Assembly: GCA_964016885.1 (NCBI GenBank)
Contig: OZ024749.1
Span: 2,604,001 to 2,668,000, forward strand
Source: Eledone cirrhosa
Taxonomy: Eukaryota
Direction: 5' to 3'
Length of the DNA stretch: 64,000 nucleotides
Part shown: positions 52,342-63,621 of the stretch, one piece after another
How the letters are laid out: every line of letters begins with the position of its first letter
Position numbering within the stretch: position 1 is the stretch's first letter
The notes under the pieces: generated by a model
Seen by the model: only the letters and a program-made list of their open reading frames with translations
Told to the model about the DNA's origin: nothing
Databases searched by the model: none
Translations under genes and position numbers: made by a program

Positions 52342-54411
52342 GTGACTGCGGCACTATACAGCCTGGTGTGTAGTGTCTGTCTGGGGAGGTGTGACTGAGG
52401 CACTATACAGCCTGGTGTGTAGTATCTGTCTGGGGAGGTGTGACTGAGGCACTATACAGCCTGCGGTGTAGTGTCTGTCTGGGGAGGTGTGACTGAGGCA
52501 CTACACAGCATCCGGTGTAGTGTCTGTCTGGGGAGGTGTGACTGCGGCACTATACAGCCTGGTGTGTAGTGTCTGTCTGGGGAGGTGTGACTGAGGCACT
52601 ATACAGCCTGGTGTGTAGTGTCTGTCTGGGGAGGTGTGACTGAGGCACTATACAGCCTGGTGTGTAGTGTCTGTCTGGGGAGGTGTGACTGAGGCACTAT
52701 ACAGCCTGCGGTGTAGTGTCTGTCTGGGGAGGTGTGACTGAGGCACTACACAGCCTGCGGTGTAGTGTCTGTCTGGGGAGGTGTGACTGAGGCACTACAC
52801 AGCCTGCGGTGTAGTGTCTGTCTGGGGAGGTGTGACTGAGGCACTACACAGCTTGGTGTGTAGTGTCTGTCTGGGGAGGTGTGACTGAGGCACTACACAG
52901 CCTGCGGTGTAGTGTCTGTCTGGGGAGGTGTGACTGAGGCACTACACAGCCTGGTGTGTAGTGTCTGTCTGGGGAGGTGTGACTGAGGCACTACACAGCC
53001 TGCGGTGTAGTGTCTGTCTGGGGAGGTGTGACTGAAGCACTACACAGCCTGGTGTGTCGTGTCTGTCTGGGGAGGTGTAGTGTCTGTCTGGGGAGGTGTG
53101 ACTGCGGCACTATACAGCCTGGTGTGTAGTGTCTGTCTGGGGAGGTGTGACTGAGGCACTATACAGCCTGGTGTGTAGTGTCTGTCTGGGGAGGTGTGAC
53201 TGAGGCACTACACAGCCTGCGGTGTAGTGTCTGTCTGGGGAGGTGTGACTGAGGCACTACACAGCCTGCGGTGTAGTGTCTGTCTGGGGAGGTGTGACTG
53301 AGGCACTACACAGCCTGGTGTGTAGTGTCTGTCTGGGGAGGTGTGACTGCGGCACTATACAGCCTGGTGTGTAGTGTCTGTCTGGGGAGGTGTGACTGAG
53401 GCACTATACAGCCTGGTGTGTAGTGTCTGTCTGGGGAGGTGTGACTGAGGCACTATACAGCCTGGTGTGTAGTGTCTGTCTGGGGAGGTGTGACTGAGGC
53501 ACTATACAGCCTGCGGTGTAGTGTCTGTCTGGGGAGGTGTGACTGAGGCACTACACAGCCTGCGGTGTAGTGTCTGTCTGGGGAGGTGTGACTGAGGCAC
53601 TACACAGCCTGCGGTGTAGTGTCTGTCTGGGGAGGTGTGACTGAGGCACTACACAGCTTGGTGTGTAGTGTCTGTCTGGGGAGGTGTGACTGAGGCACTA
53701 CACAGCCTGCGGTGTAGTGTCTGTCTGGGGAGGTGTGACTGAGGCACTACACAGCCTGGTGTGTAGTGTCTGTCTGGGGAGGTGTGACTGAGGCACTACA
53801 CAGCCTGCGGTGTAGTGTCTGTCTGGGGAGGTGTGACTGAAGCACTACACAGCCTGGTGTGTCGTGTCTGTCTGGGGAGGTGTAGTGTCTGTCTGGGGAG
53901 GTGTGACTGCGGCACTATACAGCCTGGTGTGTAGTGTCTGTCTGGGGAGGTGTGACTGAGGCACTATACAGCCTGGTGTGTAGTGTCTGTCTGGGGAGGT
54001 GTGACTGAGGCACTACACAGCCTGCGGTGTAGTGTCTGTCTGGGGAGGTGTGACTGAGGCACTACACAGCCTGCGGTGTAGTGTCTGTCTGGGGAGGTGT
54101 GACTGAGGCACTACACAGCCTGGTGTGTAGTGTCTGTCTGGGGAGGTGTGACTGAGGCACTACACAGCCTGCGGTGTAGTGTCTGTCTGGGGAGGTGTGA
54201 CTGAGGCACTACACAGCCTGGTGTGTAGTGTCTGTCTGGGGAGGTGTGACTGAGGAACTACACAGCCTGCGGTGTAGTGTCTGTCTGGGGAGGTGTAGTG
54301 TCTGTCTGGGGAGGTGTGACTGAGGCACTACACAGCCTGGTGTGTAGTGTCTGTCTGGGGAGGTGTGACTGAGGCACTACACAGCCTGCGGTGTAGTGTC
54401 TGTCTGGGGAG
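52342..54411. repeat. 49-bp minisatellite (~42 units)
   Basis: GTGACTGAGGCACTA(T/C)ACAGCCTG(GT/CG)GTGTAGTGTCTGTCTGGGGAGGT. Confidence 0.97.
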
Positions 54412-54599
54412 GAGAACTTTCATTAGAACCTAACTGATGATTGTTCGTGGAAATCATTGCATATTCGCGGAATCGTAAATATCTTCCGCAATTTTTTCAT
54501 GTCTTATTTCGTGGCAATAAAGTATATATTTCACGCTTTTTAACACTAAGTTAGTAATAACAATATTCCGTATTTGCGGGCCTATATTTTACGTTATAG

Positions 54600-54687
54600 G
54601 CCTCTATGTACCACGTCCAATATTTGCGATGTTTCACTCTTCGCGGGTGATCTAGGAACGTAACCCCGGCAAATACCGGGGAACACT
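54600..54687 (-). mobile_element. TcMar-Tigger-like terminal inverted repeat remnant
   Basis: Minus strand AGTGTTCCCCGGTATTTGCCGGGGTTACGTTCC..ACCCGCGAA resembles Tigger MITE ends. No partner end was found. Confidence 0.45.
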
Positions 54688-54864
54688 TCCATGTGTGTGT
54701 GTATGTGTGTGTGTGTGTGTGTGTGTTAGAGAGAGAGGGAGATATATGATGTTAATGTGTGTGTATAGTATTTAATATACAATTATGCAGGATTTCCAAT
54801 GAATTGACATTTATTAATCACATCGCGTTGAAAATTCCCGCTAATTAATCTACAATAATCCGAG

Positions 54865-54937
<73 letters not shown>

Positions 54938-55164
54938 GAGTGAGGATTAGATAGAGGAGATAGTGAGGAATAGATAGAGGAGAGAGTGAGGAATAGAGAG
55001 AGGAGAGAGTGAGGAATAGATAGAGGAGAGAGAGTGAGGAATAGAGAGAGGGGAGAGAATGAGGAAGGATGTGGACCGAGGGAGGGAGGTAGAAAGAGAA
55101 GGTGATGCTACTAATCACGAAAGCCACCAACAATAAAAACACACAATTACTTCTCATGAAATAT

Positions 55165-55576
55165 TAACAGTGGTACCCGGCGTTGCACGGGATAAGGTAT
55201 TTTGCCACGCGGGCCGCCAACAGACCTAATCCTGTAAAAACTGCATGCCTGGACAATATGTAAAGAAAATAAGCCGAATATGCTTCTCCTATCACGTGGA
55301 GAAAATCGGTTTGGTGCTTTTGTATTTTAATAAAGTGGCATGAGTCAGCAGGACAGATGTCACCACTTATGTCAGAGGGAAGTCTGCAATGCTTGAGCAA
55401 GGCATGACGTGCATGATGTGCAATCGGACAGCATGTGGAGCCTTCTCGAAGGAGTCAACGCACCTTAGTAAGTAACGCAACTGGACAAACGTTTACCAAA
55501 CTGTGGGTATAATTTAACAAATTGAAAAACGTGTGCGTGTTCACTGGCAGCCCTAAACGAAAGGGTCGCCATCAGT
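55165..55576 (+). mobile_element. Non-autonomous Helitron/Helentron-like element
   Basis: 5' TACCCGGCGTTGCACGGG subterminal hairpin. 3' GC-rich hairpin GGCAGCCCT..AGGGTCGCC a few nt before CAGT. Confidence 0.45.
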
Positions 55577-55766
55577 TATTATAAACATACAGAATATTTT
55601 CGAATATTCTATGTCTATATTCACATATATATCGCTATTTCAGAGCATTTATTCCAATTTCTAATTTCTGCCGGACCGGCAACCGCTCTTTCAAACCAGT
55701 TCCTGTACACAGCTAAGTATTCTATAAGTCTCTAGCTGTGTCATTCTCGATAAAAGCACTGGATAT

Positions 55767-55809
55767 GTAGTCCTGAAGATTTCTAACAAGAATGAAACGC
55801 GTAGATTAC
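55767..55809 (+). ncRNA. Type I hammerhead ribozyme, array unit 1
   Basis: gtagtc-CTGAAGA-tttct(aaca)agaat-GAAA-cgcg-TA-gattac. Distal stem I is a perfect 16 bp (55743-55758/55816-55831). Cleavage is predicted after GUA at 55803. Confidence 0.92.
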
Positions 55810-56076
55810 TTCCCTTGCTTTTATCGAGAATCTAATTGTAATACGTGACGTATTCTATTCTATAGCGATTAGGTCTTCAAAATGTTTATTATAAACATAC
55901 AGAATATTTTCGAATATTCTATGTCTATATTCACATATATATCGCTATTTCAGAGCATTTATTCCAATTTCTAATTTCTGCCGGACCGGCAACCGCTCTT
56001 TCGAACCAGTTCCTGTACACAGCTAAGTATTCTATAAGTCTCTAGCTGTGTCATTCTCGATAAAAGCACTGGATAT

Positions 56077-56119
56077 GTAGTCCTGAAGATTTCTAACAAG
56101 AATGAAACGCGTAGATTAC
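56077..56119 (+). ncRNA. Type I hammerhead ribozyme, array unit 2
   Basis: Identical to unit 1. Confidence 0.92.
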
Positions 56120-56386
56120 TTCCCTTGCTTTTATCGAGAATCTAATTGTAATACGTGACGTATTCTATTCTATAGCGATTAGGTCTTCAAAATGTTTATT
56201 ATAAACATACAGAATATTTTCGAATATTCTATGTCTATATTCACATATATATCGCTATTTCAGAGCATTTATTCCAATTTCTAATTTCTGCCGGACCGGC
56301 AACCGCTCTTTCAAACCAGTTCCTGTACACAGCTAAGTATTCTATAAGTCTCTAGCTGTGTCATTCTCGATAAAAGCACTGGATAT

Positions 56387-56429
56387 GTAGTCCTGAAGAT
56401 TTCTAACAAGAATGAAACGCGTAGATTAC
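56387..56429 (+). ncRNA. Type I hammerhead ribozyme, array unit 3
   Basis: Identical to unit 1. Confidence 0.92.
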
Positions 56430-56696
56430 TTCCCTTGCTTTTATCGAGAATCTAATTGTAATACGTGACGTATTCTATTCTATAGCGATTAGGTCTTCAA
56501 AATGTTTATTATAAACATACAGAATATTTTCGAATATTCTATGTCTATATTCACATATATATCGCTATTTCAGAGCATTTATTCCAATTTCTAATTTCTG
56601 CCGGACCGGCAACCGCTCTTTCAAACCAGTTCCTGTACACAGCTAAGTATTCTATAAGTCTCTAGCTGTGTCATTCTCGATAAAAGCACTGGATAT

Positions 56697-56739
56697 GTAG
56701 TCCTGAAGATTTCTAACAAGAATGAAACGCGTAGATTAC
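56697..56739 (+). ncRNA. Type I hammerhead ribozyme, array unit 4
   Basis: Identical to unit 1. Confidence 0.92.
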
Positions 56740-57006
56740 TTCCCTTGCTTTTATCGAGAATCTAATTGTAATACGTGACGTATTCTATTCTATAGCGATT
56801 AGGTCTTCAAAATGTTTATTATAAACATACAGAATATTTTCGAATATTCTATGTCTATATTCACATATATATCGCTATTTCAGAGCATTTATTCCAATTT
56901 CTAATTTCTGCCGGACCGGCAACCGCTCTTTCAAACCAGTTCCTGTACACAGCTAAGTATTCTATAAGTCTCTAGCTGTGTCATTCTCGATAAAAGCACT
57001 GGATAT

Positions 57007-57049
57007 GTAGTCCTGAAGATTTCTAACAAGAATGAAACGCGTAGATTAC
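57007..57049 (+). ncRNA. Type I hammerhead ribozyme, array unit 5
   Basis: Identical to unit 1. Confidence 0.92.
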
Positions 57050-57316
57050 TTCCCTTGCTTTTATCGAGAATCTAATTGTAATACGTGACGTATTCTATTC
57101 TATAGCGATTAGGTCTTCAAAATGTTTATTATAAACATACAGAATATTTTCGAATATTCTATGTCTATATTCACATATATATCGCTATTTCAGAGCATTT
57201 ATTCCAATTTCTAATTTCTGCCGGACCGGCAACCGCTCTTTCAAACCAGTTCCTGTACACAGCTAAGTATTCTATAAGTCTCTAGCTGTGTCATTCTCGA
57301 TAAAAGCACTGGATAT

Positions 57317-57359
57317 GTAGTCCTGAAGATTTCTAACAAGAATGAAACGCGTAGATTAC
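57317..57359 (+). ncRNA. Type I hammerhead ribozyme, array unit 6
   Basis: Identical to unit 1. Confidence 0.92.
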
Positions 57360-57540
57360 TTCCCTTGCTTTTATCGAGAATCTAATTGTAATACGTGACG
57401 TATTCTATTCTATAGCGATTAGGTCTTCAAAATGTTTATTATAAACATACAGAATATTTTCGAATATTCTATGTCTATATTCACATATATATCGCTATTT
57501 CAGAGCATTTATTCCAATATATATATATATATATATATAT

Positions 57541-57619
57541 TACACACACAGAAATGTATATATATTTCTGTGTGTATATATATATATATTACATACACAG
57601 AAATGTATATATATATTTC

Positions 57620-57678
<59 letters not shown>

Positions 57679-57755
57679 CACACACAGAAATCTATATATA
57701 TTTCTGTGTGTGTGTATATATATATATTACACACACAGAAATGTATATATATTTC

Positions 57756-57792
<37 letters not shown>

Positions 57793-57945
57793 CACACACA
57801 GAAATGTATATATACATATCTGTGTGTATATATATACATATTACACACACAGAAATGTATATATATTTCTGTGTGTATATATATATATTTCTGTGTGTGT
57901 ATATATATATATAACACACACACAGAAATGTATATATGTTTCTGT
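57541..57945. repeat. Tandem palindromic units ACACACAGAAAT(GTATATAT..)ATTTCTGTGTGT in (TA)n
   Basis: About 7 self-complementary units separated by variable TA runs. Confidence 0.85.
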
Positions 57946-59007
57946 AGCACTCCTCAATTCCCCCCTTTCTCCCTCCCGCTATCCCCCTCTTGTAGTCTGT
58001 CTCTTTCTTTCACTCTCACTCTCTCTCTACGCGTGCGCAAAAAACATTCGCACGAGCACACGTGTTTCCACTGTCGGACAGACAGACAGACAGAGAAATT
58101 GCTGGTTATATATCATAAGGAGATTACACACAATTACTTCTTATGGAAATAACTCTCAAATTCCCAACTTTCGAGAGATTACATTGAACAACGAAAACTT
58201 GGATAAACTATAAACTATACCCCCAGACACAGAGAGAGAGAGAGAGAGAGTGACAGACATGCAGACAGACAGGCAGGCAGACAGACAGACAGGCAGGCTG
58301 GCAGCGACAGTTTCAATGAGTGACTGTCATTAAAAAGGATAAAAAGGTTGGTGATGGTGGATTATTTTCAGTACACTTGGTTAAACTAATCCTAAATAGA
58401 AGGCGGGCAGTTTTCACGCTTGAAACAAACACTTTAATTGTAGGATCTGCCCAATCAATGGTGAACTGAGGTGAAACAATAGCAAAGACAGCTACAACAA
58501 TAACAACAAAGACATTAGAGAATAAATGACAACAAAATAACAAGTGACATCATTAACTGTTAGTGAACTTACTAAGATAAAAGCTTATGTACTTATATGT
58601 TAATCTTATTTATATTGACTTATTCTACTAATTCCTGTTTGTGATCGGCTCACTGATTACACGTCTGCTCAGGATTGACCTGGGGTTAAATAACAATACT
58701 CACACAAACTATAATAACATACAATAATAATGATAAGAAATACGAACGCAGCGACAACAACAACAGCTCTCCATTATAAAAATCTGTGTTAATATCTGTA
58801 AGGTGATCTCTTAGAAATGAACATAAACATATCCACCTCCATCACGTATGAATGTGTATTTGTGTCTATATATATCCATACATATATACATAACAAAAAA
58901 TATTACATATATTGGGCAAAAGCAACTTCTTTTTCCCACACTGAGGGTCTTCAAACAATATGATTATCTATTTTATAGCATCTCCGAGCATGAGCACACC
59001 ACCCTTG

Positions 59008-59045
<38 letters not shown>

Positions 59046-59048
<3 letters not shown>

Positions 59049-59455
59049 AGATCAAAAGATGGTTAAAAGAGTTCCATGTATTTTATTATGCGCATTTCAA
59101 AAACAAATATCATGGGATGATATTTGCGTTCTCATCAGATAAAATAGGGAGACATGATAGGAAGTTTAAAAACACTTGCGAGCAGTGAAGTGTTAAATCA
59201 ACATATGAAAAATAAAGTAAGATGGATATATGAGATTGGGGAAAAAAAGAAGGAAGGGGGAAGGAAAGGTAAGGAAGAGGAAGAAAGAAAATAACAAGAA
59301 AAAATATATAATAATAAGGAAAGGATTATGGGAAAGGAGTATACGAAGGAAGGATGAGAGAGGAGGAGAAATGAGTGAGAGAGAGCGATAACCTTTAATA
59401 CTTAGAAACCCTGTCTCACAGAGAGAAATTTAAAAAAACCGTTGTAAGATAATAC
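59046..59455 (-). mobile_element. Family P2 copy
   Basis: Aligns with 8474-8872 and has (TA)n-rich flanks. Confidence 0.75.
59079..59146 (-). ncRNA. Type I minimal hammerhead ribozyme
   Basis: Minus strand: tattttat-CTGATGA-gaacgcaaatatca(tccca)tgatatttgttttt-GAAA-tgcgca-TA-ataaaata. Confidence 0.85.
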
Positions 59456-59492
59456 ATAATTTAAATATAATAAATAATTTAAATATATATAT

Positions 59493-59523
<31 letters not shown>

Positions 59524-59699
59524 TTATTTTTCCGTAACTCATGTGGGAGTATTGACAACGTGTTGATATACGGCGTTTCTAGGTCATTTTTTCAAACCCT
59601 GGTGGATACCATCTATCCCTAGTGGTGAATAAAGCAAATTCCTTCCAAGGAAGGATAAGCAATGAGAGAATGGAAATAAAAAAGCGATATGGAAGAAGA

Positions 59700-59853
59700 A
59701 TCGAGCCCAGTACTAGATAGGGTTTCCTCTATCGATCCCGAAAGATTGAAAGGCAAAGAAGACCACGCTGGGATCTGAACTCAGAGGACAGAGAGCCAAA
59801 ACGAATTAAGCAAAGCATTTTTTTTGACATTCTAACGACCCTGCCAATTCACC
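59700..59853 (-). mobile_element. SINE family A, diverged
   Basis: ATCGATCCCGAAAGATTGAAAGGCAAAG..GAACTCAGA..CTGCCAATTCACC. Confidence 0.7.
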
Positions 59854-59904
<51 letters not shown>

Positions 59905-59906
<2 letters not shown>

Positions 59907-60099
59907 TTTTAATATAGATGAGATTCTACAGGACTAGAACTGTTTCATTCTTTAGAAATCATCAGAGATTCCTGATAATTTCTAAAGAATGAAACAGTTC
60001 TAGTCCTGTAGAATCTCATCTATATTAAAACTTTTATACTCTGCAATGTATTGAGTACCTTACTTACTGTGGTTACCTCCGATTCAACCCGGAATAACG
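59905..60099 (+). mobile_element. PLE-like fold-back insertion with HHR cores in both arms
   Basis: Arms 59905-59965 and 59972-60032 (1 mismatch). Each arm reads CTGAT(G/A)A-tttctaaagaat-GAAA-cag-TT. The tail ends ACCTCCGATTCAACCCGGAATAACG(TA)n, also seen at about 8425-8451. Confidence 0.75.
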
Positions 60100-60119
60100 T
60101 ATATATATATATATATATA

Positions 60120-60407
60120 TAACGAAGGAATCGTAGTAAGGAACCACCGGAGTACTCAATACTTAGGGTAGTAGAGTGGGTGCTAGGAAAATGTTCAAGA
60201 CCCCGACGGCAGCCGCAAACCGCCATGAAAGAATTGTGTTTACAAGAAATGTTGACCAATACTTTTGACAACTACAATATTCCCATATACGGAGTTACCC
60301 CTAGAAAAGTTCGGCTATTTATTACCACGCTAAAAATTCTAATTTAGTCCAGAAATAGCCGTCGACTCGGCTTGTGCTCTGCCGTCGGGGTCTTGAACAT
60401 TTTCCTA
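60120..60407 (-). mobile_element. Fold-back family P1 copy with long spacer
   Basis: Tail at 60120-60183. Arms TAGGAAAATGTTCAAGACCCCGACGGCAG / CTGCCGTCGGGGTCTTGAACATTTTCCTA. Confidence 0.75.
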
Positions 60408-60513
60408 TATATATATATATACACACACACATATACATATATAATGTGTATGCGTGTGTGTGTACATGTATATATATATATATATATATACACATATATA
60501 TATAAGGTGTATA

Positions 60514-60617
<104 letters not shown>

Positions 60618-61334
60618 TATATCAGGTGTATGTATGTATGTGTGTATATATATATATGTGTATATCTATATATATATAACATATATAAGGTGTATGTATG
60701 TGTGTATGTATATATATATATATATATACACATACATATATACCGTGTATGTGTGTGTACATATATATATATACACACATACATATATACGGTGTATGTG
60801 TGGGCTTACGTTTATATTTGTCTGTATTTATGATCCATGATGTGATTTGACAAGAGAGATCGATTAAATAAGTACAATATATGTAACAGAACTAATACTG
60901 GGGGATGGGAGTAATAGACGAAGTCTCTGTAAGACGGTGCCACAGCAGAACCATTGAAATCACTTAAGCATGACAGCCACAGCATCAACGGTTAGAAAGA
61001 CGGAGGAAAGACGGAGATATTTCTCCAAAGAAAATAATTTAGGATTTATATTTCTGCAGTTTTGGTTCGGCTCATGCTTGTTTGTATCACATGGGTTTTT
61101 TAAGGCGTTTTAATGACAGGGGCCCCTAATTCTATCATGAAAAGCACAATCAAATTAAGAATACAACTCATAGCCAGGTCCTGTAACTGAACCCAACCCA
61201 TAGACAAGATCAGAAACACCAACCCCTGCCAACAAGACCATGGGCCCTGAACTTGTCTCCAAGAAAATCAGTTACGGCCAATATTTTTCCGAGCAGTAAA
61301 CCACATATATGGCTTTTTATAATCGTTTAAATTT

Positions 61335-61500
61335 TTGGCACAAGGCCAGCAATTACCCAGTGCATTACTGGGTCTTTATTTTATCGACCCCGTAAGGATG
61401 AAAGGTAAAGTTAACCTCGACGGGATTTGAACTCAGAATGGCAAGGGCCGTAACTCTATGCGTCAAAGCATGGAGTCCGACCCTCTGCTGATACTGTCAA
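61335..61500 (-). mobile_element. SINE family A
   Basis: Core and B-box (GGGATTTGAACTC) are present. Confidence 0.85.
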
Positions 61501-61837
61501 ATGTTAGTCAAACTATTGAACCAATTCAAGGTCATTTTTGGTTAGGTATGTCATTTAGAACTCCAACCGAGCCAATGTGGTCCTGGAGCGCAGTTTGGCA
61601 GTTTGCCCATTGCTGCATTAAATGCTACTCTAATTGGATGCATGTACAAGCCCTGGAATGTGTGGTGTCTGTCTCACGATCGTAGTGTCATGAGTTTGAT
61701 ACCCTGACCAGGCAATGTCTTTTGTCCTCATTGTTCCAGTCTATTCAGAAAAAAACAATTGAGAGACCTAGCAACGAAATGTGTGTGTACTTCTGCTTTC
61801 TTTCGCCCTATGTATATGTGTGAATGTGAATATGTAT

Positions 61838-62030
61838 TTCTGATTTAGCCAGAGGGCCAACAATTTGGGAGGAGGGGAAATTCAATTACATCGGTCCCAG
61901 TGCATGACTTGTACTTTATTTTATCGACCTCCGAAGAATGAAAGGCAAAGTTGACATCGGCGTCATTTTAATTCAGTAAGGACTAAGCCGCATCTACATG
62001 TTGCGACTCTAACGATTCTGCTAATTCAGC
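61838..62030 (-). mobile_element. SINE family A, diverged
   Basis: Core GTACTTTATTTTATCGACCTCCGAAGAATGAAAGGCAAAG. Confidence 0.75.
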
Positions 62031-62104
62031 GAGTGCTAATATTGACAGAATCAGCAAATATTTTCAGAATGTCTGAACTGTAATCGATTGAATACGTGGC
62101 TAAT

Positions 62105-62297
62105 TAATAATTGTTTCTACGTTTTAGCACAAGATCAGCAATTACCCCAGTGTATTACTGGTACTTTATTTTATCGACGACGTAAGGATGAAAGGTAAAT
62201 TTAACCTCGGCGGGATTTGAACTCAGAATGCAAAGGGCCGTAACTATGCGTCAAAGCATGGTGTGCGACACTCTACCGATACTGCCAATCCACCGCC
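62105..62297 (-). mobile_element. SINE family A, near full length
   Basis: Head CCGATACTGCCAATCCACCGCC, B-box and core. Confidence 0.85.
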
Positions 62298-62819
62298 ACT
62301 GGATAATTAATAATGACATCACCACTGCATCACTAGAAATGAAATTGGCAATCCCACGCATATGAACATTTGTAAGGCTTCGAATAGTTTGAGAGACTGA
62401 TGGGGAATTTGTAAGCAAACCCACTACGGGTAAAATTTCAATCTTCCACGTTCCCTTTTATATTTCTCTCAGTATATTACAATTGGGTGCCTAAGGATAA
62501 GGCCATTCTTGTGGATTTGTGACCGGGCCTTATCTCGGTTTCCGAGATTGTTGGGTGAACTAGAATACAAAGCCCACCGAGGGTAATACAATGAAGTACT
62601 AGTCAACAAGTAAAGATGATTTAACTCTTTTGTTACCAATCCGGCCAAAACCGGTTCTGGTTCTATGAAACAAAATAAAATCTCCCATTTTAAAGGTTTC
62701 TAATTAACATTTTCCAATTTTATATAAGAATCTTAGTAATGAAATATTTGTTATAATTCCATCAACATTCTTCATTAATTAATTGAAAATGTAGTCATGA
62801 AAAGGTCTTTCGTGACTAC

Positions 62820-62876
<57 letters not shown>

Positions 62877-63324
62877 ACACACATATATTGAAACTAAGGC
62901 TTCAGCCGGAATTTCCATTTTAAATAATTTTACGCACACTTTTACAAATGAAAAAAAATTGAGTCTTACTTAAATTAAGTTTCTAGTCTATAGAAGTAAA
63001 TCTAAATGGTAATGAATACATAGCATTAACTCTATAGTTTACGGTTGCAAACACAGGAACATTTCCTTACACTTATCAATATGTTTTCATTTGTTTTAGA
63101 GACTTCAAAGATAAAGGAGGGGAAACTCTCATAATGTCATACTGATAACTTGAGTTTCAAAGATTCTTGGTGTATCTCTACCAAGTCTAATCTCTCAAAC
63201 TATCACTCTTGTTTATATATATATATAAATATATATATATGTTATATATATGTCATATATATATATATAATTTGAAAGCAGAAATTCTTTGCTTAAACAT
63301 TAATTTGTACTAATTGTGTGTGTG

Positions 63325-63612
63325 TGTTAAGCTGCAAGTTAATTGTATCCGTAGGCGGTATGCCGAGTGAGAACTCGATGCTCTTAGGGAGCAGAGTATA
63401 AATAGTATTAATATATAAGGAACAAAGAATCAGTATTGTATCATCTACATATTTTATTACATATTACATATGTTTCACTGAGGAGCTTCCGATTCCAGAG
63501 TCAGGTTCGTTCATTAACAGATCGTTCCTCGAACCTATCGACAGTGAAACATATGTAATAAATGTATATATGATGCAACACTGATTGTTTGTTCTTTGTA
63601 TATTAACACTAT
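63325..63612 (-). mobile_element. PLE-like fold-back insertion
   Basis: Imperfect arms at about 63402-63480 and 63542-63612, each reading CAGTGAAACATATGTA (3' half of an HHR). The minus-strand tail reads TTATACTCTG..CGAGTTC. Confidence 0.6.
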
Positions 63613-63621
63613 ATATATATA

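Larger units (their letters stand above)
55576..57518 (+). mobile_element. 310-bp tandem array (6.3 units) with one hammerhead per unit: candidate non-LTR retrozyme / ribozyme satellite
   Basis: ATAAACATAC at 55581, 55891, 56201, 56511, 56821, 57131 and 57441. Only one substitution was noticed (56003). The array ends in (TA)n. Confidence 0.9.

Noticed and set aside
52342-54411. CRISPR-like array of palindromic repeats
   Set aside because: There are no unique spacers and no cas genes, and the context is eukaryotic. It is a head-to-tail minisatellite.
54434-54460. CTGATGA..GAAA hammerhead-like match
   Set aside because: No credible stem I or stem II.
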